Assembly (NCBI GenBank): GCA_036785375.1
Contig: JAWMAR010000023.1
Span: 7,502,001 to 7,566,000, forward strand
Length of the DNA: 64,000 nucleotides
Direction of reading: 5' to 3'
DNA from: Leucoraja ocellata
Taxonomy: Eukaryota
Part shown: positions 39,901 to 51,900 of the stretch, piece after piece
Layout of the letters: the number at the start of each line of letters is the position of its first letter
How positions within the stretch are numbered: the first letter of the stretch is position 1
Made by a program: the position numbers and the translations under genes
The notes under the pieces: generated by a model
The model's input: only the letters and a program-made list of their open reading frames with translations
Database searches by the model: none
What the model was told of the DNA's origin: nothing

Positions 39901-42900
39901 TTTATAGTGTTAATGAACATGTCTTGTACCTCTCCCAACAATGCGGTCAGCGGGAAGTAATGCTCCCCTTTCTCCTCAGGCTCGTGGTGAGCTCCATGGA
40001 GGTTCTGGAAAGCTGCTTCGTCGTTGGGTGCTCAAACGAAAAGGTTAGCTACTTGCCTTAGTGATATAGGGGGAAGAAAGTGATTTAGACAATAGACAAT
40101 AGGTGCAGGAGTAGGCCATTTGGCCCTTCGAGCCAGCACCGCCATTCAATGTGATCATGGCTGATCATCCACAATCAGTACCCCGTTCCTGCCTTCTCCC
40201 CATATCCCCTGACTCTGCTATTTTTAAGAGCCCTATCTAGCTCTCTCTTGAAAGCATCCAGAGAACCCGCCTCCACCGCCCTTGAGGCAGAGAATTCCCT
40301 TTTATGCTATAAATGAGGGGAGTCATTGGTTAATATAAGATTCTTTTGATTTATTTATTTTCAACTTGTTCCATCTACTTACGGGTACAGGGAGAACATT
40401 TAATACAATCTGACAATGTGCACTGTAACCTCATGTGATTTTTTTCTATTACAAATCTCAAATTGTGGAGTACAGAGGCAAATAAATAAATGATGGGTCT
40501 TTGTCCCACACATTATGGAGGGCACTCCTAAAAATAGATCTCAAAGCGATTTGCCCTTTTGAAGATAAAGAATGTTTTCAGTAACAACGTCTTTCTCAAC
40601 AGGAAAAGAATAAACAGACAGCATTGGAACTGGCCACTACGTTGTTGTCCATGCCAACTCCTTCCAGTATCCAACAGCAAACTAAGGGTCTGCTCGCGAG
40701 TCTTCACAACAGCCGTGGCAGCTATCACAATCATAAGGTGACTTGTGACTCTCTGAAAGTTTCATGTGCATGTGTGGAACCGGTCTGTGTGTTTTCCACA
40801 ACGGTGCTTCAAGGCCAGGTAGTGAGGCTACCACAGCTTCCAATCTCCTGCCTTTGAGGATTGTAGTTCAGCTGGATATGCTGCAATGTGGTTTGCAAAT
40901 ATGGAAATACATGGTGATCTTAAACTACCAGGCACGATGTCTCCTTGAAGCCAGTCTGCTTTCAAATTAGTGACGATATCAGCTGAGCTCCAATGGCAAC
41001 ATCTGTTTTAGCTCATCTACTTAAATCGTTAACGAGAGGGTTAAAAAATAATGCAGATGAACTTGTAGCAATGAATACTTTGTTTTTCAGGTGAAAAGTA
41101 GAGCTTTCAAAGTAGAGCTTATGTTCTATTTGAATATCGTAATTACAGTATCCTTACAAAATATGTTTCTCCTTGTTCAGGATCAGGCTTTGCTGAATAA
41201 CGCTGTGCAGATTCTAAATACTTGGAATAAAGATGGCCGTGACCTTGACCCAGAGGTGTTCCAACGACTAGTAATCACAGCCCGTTCAATCGCCATGATG
41301 CGACCCAATAATCTTGTACACTTCACTGAGGTGAAAACATCACAGCCTGATAAAGGTGAGGTTGGATATGGGTAAGCTGAGAAGAATATTGTAATTACAG
41401 GAAGGACCTTTCCCTCTCCGGTCATTCCCCTTTCTCCCTGACCCCTTTGGACAGAAGATACAGAAGCTTGAAAGCATGTACAACCAGACTCAGCACCAGC
41501 TTCTTCCATTCTGTTATCAGATTCCCATTAGTTAGAATATTGTCCCGATTCTCCATCCTAACTCATTGCAGACCTTGGACTTTTTCCTCTGGAATTGTCA
41601 CACTACAGTACTGAGAACAATATTCTGCACTCTGGTATTTTTAGTTTGGTTTAGTGATACAGCGGGGAAACAGGCCCTTCGGCCCCGAGTCTGCACTGAC
41701 CAGCGATACTCACAGATTGACTCCAGCCGACAGGCACTTAGGACAATTTACATTTATATCAAGTACACAAAACCAAGCCAATTAACCTACAAACCTGTAG
41801 GTCTTTGGAGTGTGGGAGGAAACCAAAGACCTCGGAGAAAACCCATGCGGTGACGTGGACAATGTACGAACTCTGTATAGACAGCACCCGTAGACGGGAT
41901 CGAACCTGGGTCTCTGCCGCTGTAAGGCAGCAACTCCACCGTACCTCAGTTGATTGGGTAGCACACAAGCTTTTCGCTGTACCTTGGTACACATGACAAT
42001 AATAAAGCTACATCTAAATACAGAAGATTCTGGAACCAACCAGCATCACTGGAGAGAAAGCTTTGAACATGGACCTTGCATAAGAATTGGAAACTGATAA
42101 AATAAAAAGAATCTCTTAAAAACTGCTGAGACGTGGTTGGGTGATATAAAGGCACGGAGGTGGAAATCCTTCAAGAAGGGTCTCGACACGAAACGTCACC
42201 CATTCCTTCTCTCCAGAGATGCTGCCTGTCCCGCTGAGTTACTCCAGCTTTTTGTGTCTACCTTAGGCTAATTGGTTACAAGTTGAACTAAAATGGTTTC
42301 GAAAAGCTGGAAATTGTTGAAAACTGACATGGTTCCAATGAATCATTGAAAGGGTAATGAGATTAGAGGACCATGATGTAAGGCAAAAAGTCTGTGCAAA
42401 GATGCCCAGATACAAAAACACTCATGTCATCATATGCACTCCTGAATTTGTATCTGCCCTTTGAATCATTTTATTATTTCATGTATCTTGATTAGATCAG
42501 TGCATAACCAACTAAGTTGAAAGGAATTATTAGCTTTAAGATAGTTATGGATAAAGGCAGGGCATGTTAAAATTCAAAATTAAGGCAAGGCCAATGTGGT
42601 TGGTATTAGTCAGGAACTCGCTCAAGTTAATTGGACCAAATTGTTTGCAGGAAGAGGAACATCCGGAAAGTGCTGCTTTAAAAATGTGCTGGCATTTGTT
42701 CGGGGCATGCATGTTCCTGTTAGAGTGAAGGGAAAGGCAGGTGGGCGTAAGGAAGCTTGCGTGACAAGAGAAATTGAGGCTCAGGTTAAGACAAGAAGGA
42801 GTCATGGGACAGGTATTGGCAGCTGGAATCAAGTGTATCCATAGGAGTTTTGGGAACTGAGGAGCCGGCTAAAGAAGGAAATCAGGAGGGCATAAAGAGG

Positions 42901-45900
42901 GCAGGACATGGTTCTGGCAGATAATATTCAGGATCATTCAAATAGATTTTATGTACATTCAAGGAAAAAGGGTAACCAGAGAAACCAGGGGCCTCAGGAA
43001 TCAAAGCAGTCAACTCTACAGCATGTGAAGCCACTGGAGATGGGTAAAGTCCTCAATCAGTATTTCTCCTCTGTTTGTACTGCGGGGAAAGGCATGAAGA
43101 CGGGATCTTGGGGCAGTCAATATTACGGTTGAGGCGGTATTGAATGTCATATTGCGTATGAAGGTAGACACATCTCGTGGGCCTGAACAGATATGTCCAA
43201 GGACACTGTGTGAAGCTAGAGAAGAAATTGCAAGTGCCCTGGCTGAGATGTATGTCATCATTAAATACGTTTGAGGTGCTGGAAGACTGGAAGGTGGCAA
43301 ATGTTGTGCCTTTATTAAAGAAGAGCTGCAAGGAAAAACCTGGGAACTATAGGCCAGTGAGTCCAACATCTGAAAGTTACTAGAGAGTATTCTGAAGGAT
43401 AAGATATGCATCCATTTATATAGACAAGGGCTGATTAGGGATAGACGGCACAGTTTTATACATGGGAGATCTGTTTTTTAAAGATGTATCCAAAAAGATT
43501 AATGGGAGCAGAGCTGTAGACATTGTACATATCAGCAAGACATTTGACAAGGTTTTGCATGGTAGGCTGCTCTGGAAGATTAGATCTCATGGGATCCAGG
43601 GAGAACAAGTCAACTGGTTATAACATTTTCTTCATGGCAGGAAACAGAGGGTTATGGTGAAAGGTTATATTTCAGACTAGAGGCCTATGACTCGTGGTGT
43701 GCCTCAAGGATTGGTGCTGGCCTATTGCTGTTTTTGGTTAAATAAAATATATGCCTTTCAGAACAGGATACCTTCTGTACCAACCTGGTCTGATCTATGT
43801 ACAACTCCAAACTAACAGTGACGAAGATGTCATCTAACATTGCTTTAAAATAGTCCAGTATGCTGCTTAATTGTTTCAAACTATTACAAAGACATATAAT
43901 GACATAATCTTGCAATCTGACATCTTTATGGAGTGGCTTTGTCACACACAGTTCACTGTTTCACCATCTCCTTCACAAGGACTATTGGGGAAGATCAATA
44001 AACACGTCTTGCCAGCACCATCCTTATTTTGTTTAGTGATTAATAACAATTAGACGCTGCAGATGAAGTGAAGAAATTGATATTAATGATGCCACATTCA
44101 GCAGAGAAAACAATGACTGTTTAATCTTTCTCTAGAAGGATCGGATGAACGAGATCATGTCCACAGGGGTGCAGAAGCTGAAGGCTGCAGTTTTATCATG
44201 CAGTTAGTTACTCATTTCTGGAGACTCCATGCATCCAAACCTAAGAATGCATTCCTGGCTCCTGCGTGCCTACCTGGTAATTGTAACTCTGTCTCAATTT
44301 TAGATAATTATCTTGCAAATAAAATGAAAGTAAAGCACATTCACAATCGATAAAACATAATAGATTAAAATTTACAACCATAATCAGAGTTTCTAATGAT
44401 TGAAGGTATTTTTGGAGCTTTTCTGAATTAAATATTATGTTGCAAGAAATAATATTTTACAGTTTCCAGTAAGTTGTAATATGCTGTGGCAATAAGGACC
44501 ATCGGGACTCTAATGAGTACATTGTAATTTGTTTGGCGCCAGATACGTGGTGACGTTTTGCATACTTGGTGTATTGTATGCAACAATAAATAATTTCACT
44601 GTACCTTGGTACATGGGAGAATAAAGTATCATTGATGAATATTAAAGAGTACATTTAATAAATATGGAGAGTTCTATAATATGGTTGTATAGAAATAACC
44701 AGCTTTGCACATGTCCCTTATCCATACCCATGTAAAATGCTGCTGCACTTACTTTGCTTGCACTGAACTGCTTGTCAATTATTGTGAAGTCTGTTCAATG
44801 TTAAATCATATTTCAGTTTTCATTTTCTTCTCTAGGTCTGACTCACATTGAGGCAACGGTCAATGCATTAATTGACATTATTCATGGTTATTGCACCTGT
44901 GAGCTTGACTACATTAATGCTGCTGCAAAGGTTTACATGCAGATGCTGCTGTGTCCTGTAAGTACCTTTGCTCTGTCGAAGCTAATGGGTGTTTAATTAA
45001 TCATAGGTGGTCAGCTTTGTGGCGCTATTTTGTGGGATATGAGCAGTCTGTTTGGGACTTGGTTAAAGATTAAATGTGAATATCAACTGTTGAATTGTTG
45101 TGAAATGCTATTTGCCTGTCACAGTGAGTGCTGGTTACCAGTATAATCGAGCTTATCCATGTTTTTGTCTGACCCCAGCAGTGTTTTGGATCTAATTAGT
45201 TTAAACTGTTCTCCCTCAGGACCATTCGGTGAGTTTTGCCTGTAAGCAGGCGCTAATACGTGTTCTGAGACCACGGAACAAACGCAGGCACGTCACGCTA
45301 CCCTCCCCTCCCCGCAGCAACACTCCAATGGGTAAGGGACAAGCAATCTAAATAATAAATATAAATGCAATGTAATAATGCGCTATGTAGTATCTAGTTA
45401 ACAGAAATGTTGCTATTCCCAAAACCCTATGTAATATTCACCTGAAGTCCAGAACTCAAATGGTTTAAAAAAAAAACAGGTACACCCACCTTCCTGTTGT
45501 ATTACTTAAAGGACCAAGAAATAATCAATTTTGACATTCAGAAAAGTGTTCTTCACTTCTCATAAAGGCTATGAAGTTTATTTCTACATGGTTTCTAGCT
45601 ACGTTGACTCTTGAATCGTTTTGTACAAGTGCTGAGTAGAATTCAGGAATAAGTTGCACCAGGCCACCAGCCCTTGTATAATTGTAGCTGCACACCAGCA
45701 TACTTGATCGTACATGTTCTTCATCAGTGTTGTGCAACTGTGTTAATAAATTAACATTGGCCTTTTAGATTTTCCTATCGATTGAATAATGCTCCAAGAC
45801 GTGGCTTTGTATTAATGTTCCTACTAAATGAATAGTTGATAGCTGTAACACATTGGTGTACAGTGAGATTCACTTCAGCGTGAGCCAGCAAACTCCCTTC

Positions 45901-48900
45901 TTTGTGCAGGTGATAAAGATGACGATGACGATGATGATGCTGATGACAAAATGCAAACATCAGGAATGCCGGGCAGTGAAAATATCCGTCAGGAAAGTCA
46001 GGAACAAAGTGAAGTGGATCATGGAGACTTTGAGATGGTGGTAAGCGTCTTAAAAAGATAAATTGTTTTTTTCCCGGCCAACGAAAAGATGAGATAAAAC
46101 CCCAACAATAATTAGCAAATAAAGACTTTTCTATGTCTGGAAATGTCTGAAGAAGAGTCTGTGTCTGAAAGAGTCTGAAGAATCCGAAATGTCATTTATC
46201 CATTCCGTCAGCAGATGCTGCCTGACCCAATGAGTTAGTCCAGCAGGTAGACACAAAATGCTGGAGTAACTCAGCGGGTGAGGCAGCATCTCTGGAGAGA
46301 AGGAATGGGCGACGTTTCGGGTCGAGACCCTTCTTCAGATTTATTCCAGTACTTGTACTTTGATCAAGATTCCAGCATCAGCAGTTCCCTGAATCTCCAG
46401 AGATTTTTTTACGCTCAACTCTCTCCTTTTACTAGTGTGGGTGCAGCTAAAAACTGCAATAAGTCTGTGCTTTACACAAGGAGCAGAATTGACTGTGAAA
46501 GTGAAACTGTAGCAGATAGCTACATCGCGTACACATTACACAGTGAAACTCCATACTGTAATAAAATGCCTGTCGTTCTCTTCACCTAGTGGTCTACATC
46601 TCAATGCATCATCAGCTTGCATGACATTGCACCTTTATATGATAAAGAATTACAGGAACATTATGAAATAAGATTTGACACTAAGCCACAAGAGGTTATC
46701 AGTACATGAATACAGTTAAAAGTTTAAATTGCATTACAAGAGGATGTGAAGGGCCGCAGAGGGAGAAGGGTCCTGACCCAAAATGTCACCTATTCGTGCT
46801 CTCCAGAGATATTGGCTGACCCACTGAGTTATGCCAGCACTTTGTGCCTTTTTTAGAAACCAAGTATCTGCAGTTCCTTGTGTCTGTATTCTAAGGCATT
46901 CCTTCAGTTATAAGGCAGTGAAAGTGAGCATACTGAGACATTTTTTACCTGATGCTGCTCTGATTCAAATTATCTTCTTATGATCCCTACGCTCATGATT
47001 AATCCTCATTCCCTCCTTTCCAGTCGGAATCGATGGTTTTGGAGTCGGCTGAAAACGTCACAAACGGAAACCCGTCCCCTCTGGAAGCACTGCTGGCAGG
47101 AGAAGAGGGTTTCCCTCCAATGCTGGACATCCCTCCAGATGCTGATGATGAGACTATGGTGGAACTGGCAATTGCTCTTAGCCTGCAGCAAGATCAGCAA
47201 GGTACAGCACGTTTACTCCCATCCGTCTGCAATGGGAACACAATGGAATTTGGTTAATTTGTAAAGGATTGAATAGAACAAAAATAAGTTTCCTTAATCT
47301 CCATTTCAAGGAACTGAAACTGTTTCCCTTCTAAAAAGCCACACATGTTATAAATTCAAAACAAAAATGAAACTGAAAACAAATTTGGCTGCTCCATCTT
47401 CTTTAAAGTGCAGTAAATTTGAGAAAGCAAACTGACTAAGTGCCTTTTATCAGAGCTGGGCAATCTGGATAGAGATGTGTCTCATTATACAGTTACCTTG
47501 TTTCACCCTGTTTCACATCTACATTTGGCTAGACTGATTAGTGAGCTAATGAATTTAAATCTGGGCTATCATTCACTGCACTGACTGGGTGCAGCTATTT
47601 TGGATTTGATGGATATTTTATTGATTCCTGAAATCGATACACTGGTTACTGTAAGCTTGGCAGTAAAGTGCTGCACGTTTAAACCAAAGGCTCAGCATTT
47701 CCCTCATGCTGATTAAATATAGGTTTCCTGAATTAGAATTTCCAGCTCGTGTTTTCCGAGTCTGACTTTCTTCCACGGGTCCCTGCTGTATGAACAAGTT
47801 ACTGATGTTGAGATTTGCCCTTACTAGGCAGCAGCAGTAGTGCACTTGGTCTGCAGAGCCTCGGACTATCTGGGCAAGCACCCAGCTCCTCCTCATTGGA
47901 TGCAGGGACACTGTCAGATACTACAGCTTCAGGTAACTGCATTGATTAAATTTAATACGCGTCTAAACATGAACAAAATGTCCGCATGAGTACAGCTACA
48001 TGGGTTGTCTTGGCCTCGGCTTTTGCTGGGCCATAGTTATCATCAAGCGTAGAGTTTTAATTTTGTCTAGGTGTTTAGTGATAATAAATTGTCATCAGAA
48101 TTTAAATTAAATGAAACAGTTCAAAAGCAATAAAGCTGCTTTAGAAATAATTAGCAAAGTGCATTGTTGCATTTCATTATTTAGAAATAGTTCTGAAAAT
48201 TCTCAGGTATCCTTTTTCTTGTTCGGGTATCTTGGATTGGTTTAGATCGATCTGACTCGCAATGAGAAGGTCCATTGCACCTTTAACATGATAAAGAATT
48301 CCAGGAACATTATGAAAGGGTCAGCCTTCATTTTCTATGCTTCTGTTTGCAATCCCTACAGTTGGATTGCACTCTCCACATGTCCCATGTTGTTCGATTG
48401 CGTTTTTAAACCGCAGGCTAGAAGAATGATTCTCAATTTATTCTCCCCAATTGACATCTTGGTAAATCGTGACATTTAAAGAATGGATTGTGCCTGATGA
48501 ACCTGGTGTATTTCTTTTAATGGTGATTAAATTAGAGGACCTGGTAAAAGCTGTGGATGTTAATTAACGAGAAAAATTTAGTTAAAGTTAAAACCTTTGA
48601 AACAAAATGCAAATAATTGCACTTGTGAGAAACGAGCTGAGCAGTGGGAGATGGTCAGATGAGATTAGGAGCATGCACTCATGATGCTAATTACAGACAT
48701 ACCCTCAGCAGTTCTGTGTTAAGGCTGCAACTATTCCCAGGATTTGTTAATGACAGAGATGATAGGAGTTTTCTGTGTTTTATAATGACAGAAATATCAA
48801 ATGCTTTTTATGTAATGTGGATGCAATCATAAAATTATGTGGAGATATTAAATGAGTCAAATAGATTTTGGTGTAGGCCCATGCAAAGTCAATCACTTTA

Positions 48901-51900
48901 CGTCTAGAAAGGATAGAATAGAGGACTTTCTGGTGAAATGTTAGCAGTAGAAATCCAAAGAGACTGGTTGCTCCATGTATGTTGATCATTGGACTAGAAA
49001 TGATGGTCAACAGCAAATTACCAGATGGGAGGAAAAGATTGATTGCATCTTCAAGATTTCTGCATTCATGGTGCATACACGCAAATGCCCATGTTGCTAT
49101 TAGTTAGGCAAAATGGTGTTGATTTTTAGATGGTTAGACGATGGTATGAAGTTTGTTAGATTTTAAGGGAGCATGCTAAATTAGATTCAGAAAAATTATT
49201 TCTGGAAGTTGGGCATAAGTTATTCACTGCAGGAAACAATATGTTTCTATTTATCATCCCTGTGTTATTTTAAACACTTGTCGTATTGATCTTAAGGGAT
49301 TGGACAGGCTAGTGCAGGAAAAATGTTCCCGTTGTTGGGGGAGCCCTGAACCAGGAGTCATAGTTTAAGAATAAGGGGTAGATCAGGAAGGGGTAGATGA
49401 GAAAAAAACTTTTCACCTGGAGAGCTGTGAAGCTGTGGAATGCTTTGCCACAGAAGGCAGTGGAGGCCAATTCACTGGATGTTTTCAAGAGAGCGTTTGA
49501 TATAGCTCTTAGTGCTAACAGAATCAAGGGATATGGAGAAAAAGCAGAAACGGGGTACTAATTTTGCATGATCATATTGAATAGCAGTGTTGGCTTGAAG
49601 GGCCGAATGGCCTACTTCTGCACCTATTTACTATGTTTTTATGATCCGTAATCTATGTCATTTTGTTAATGTCACCAAGCATCCACTGTCCAAATTAGTT
49701 TTATCTTTTCAAAGAATTATTAACTGCTGGCACAGGTATTAGACAGGCAATCCATCTCCATAAAGTGCTTTTGTTCCACATTCATTGGAGGGTTTTCCCC
49801 CTTTCTGCTAGACAGGTGTGTGTGTGTGTGTGTAAGTTCTGTATAGTTTGATCAAATGCTAGAACTGTTCTGTACTTGCTTTGAGCTTGTTTCAGTTGTT
49901 GCATATTAAAAACCGGTAAAGGATCGTGCCACGTCTGCGCGGTCTGCACTGTGTTGCTCGCAAACTTCTGTGCTTGTGCTCACGGTTTGTAAATGTGGTG
50001 TTTTTACCTGTAACAGCCGTTGCTATGCTTTTAGCTCCAGCCTCTGATGATGAAGGGAGCACAGCAGCAACAGATGGATCAACATTGCGAACATCTCCAG
50101 CAGAGCACGGTGGTAGTGTGGGGTCAGAGAGCGGGGGAAGCGCTGTGGATTCAGTTGCTGGAGAACATAGCGGTAAGCCTAATCACTGGTGTTAGCTTAA
50201 GCGAGAGGGATAAATATATTATAAGAAATCTAACTTCAAAACTAGAATTTTGTGCATGATCCCAGTATTTCAGTATGTACTGTGTCCTCCATAATGTTTG
50301 GGACAAAGACCCATCATTTATTTATTTGCCTCTGCACTCCACAATTTGAGATTTGTAATAGAAAAAACACATGTGGTTAAAGTGCACATTGTCAGATTTT
50401 AATAAAGGCCATTTTTATACTTTTTGGTTTTCCATGTAGAAATTACAGCAGTGTTTATACATAGTCCACCCCATTTCAGGGCACCATAATGTTTGGGACA
50501 CAGCAATGTCATGCAAATGAAAGTAGTCATGTTTAGTACTTTGTTGCATATCCTTTGCTTGCAATGACTGCTTGATATCTGCGATTCATGGACGATTCAT
50601 GTCTTCTCTGGTGACGCACTGTATTGCAGCCAGATTTAGCTTATGCTTGTTTTGGGGGCTAGTCCCCTACAGCTTTCTCTTCAGCATATTAAAGGCATGC
50701 TCAATTGGGTTCAGATCGGGTTCAAGAATTGACCATTTTTTAGCTTTGAAAAACTCCTTTGTTGCTTTAGCAGTATGTTTGTGATCATTGTCTTGCTGTT
50801 GAATGAACCGCGGCCAATGAGTTTTGAGGCATTTGTTTGAACATGAGCAGATAGGATGTGTCTATACACTTCAGAATTCATTATGCTACTACCATCAGCA
50901 GTTGTATCATCTATGAAGATAAGTGAGCCAGTACCTTCAGCAGCCATACATAGGTGTCCTTGAGACTCTTGAAAGGCGCCCATAAATAAAATTTATTAAA
51001 ATTATTATACATGCCCAGGCCATAACACCCCCACCACCATGTTTCACAGATGAGGAGGTATGCTTTGGATCTTGCGCAGTTCCTTCTCTCCTCCATACTT
51101 TGCTCTTGCCATCATGATATAAGTTCATCTTCGTCTCGTCTGTCCACAAGACCTGTTTCCAGAACTGTGGTTGTTATTTTAAGTACTTCTTGGCAAACTG
51201 TAACCCGGCCATCCTATTTTTGCAGCTAACCAGTCGTTTGCATCTTGCAATGTAGCCTCTGTATTTCTCTTCATGAAGTCTTCTGCGGACAGTGGTCATT
51301 GACAAATCCACACCAGACTCCTGAAGAGTGTTTCTGATCTGTTGGACAGGTGTTTGGGGATTTTTCTTTATTATAGAGAAATTTCTTCTGTCATCAATCC
51401 TTTGCCTGCCAGTCCCTTTGCAATTAGTAAGCTCCCCAGTGCTCCCTTTCTTCTAAATGATATTCCAAACAGTTGGTTTTGCAAAGCCTGAGGTTTGGCT
51501 GATGTCTCTAACAGTTTTGTTCTTGTTTCTCAGTCTCATAATGGCTTCTTTGACTTTGGTCCTCATGTTGATAAACAGCAGTACAACTTGCATTGGAGGA
51601 GAGGGAGGAGGGGAGGGGAGGGGAGGGGAGAGGAGGGGGGACGGACTGTAAACAAAGCTGAAATTTCCACATAGTGAAACCAAAATGTATCAATGAAATC
51701 TGACAATGTGCACTTTAACCACATGTGATTACAGCACATTGCTGTAATTCTCTCCAGACTGTTTGTCCTCTGTAATGTTCTGAATATTAAAGGAATCGAG
51801 GAATAGGGGGAAAGTGGTGCTGAGGTGAAAGATCCACTGTGATTTTACCAGAAGATGAAGCAGGCTGGAGGGACCTTTGTTAGCTGAATCCTGCTTTAAT

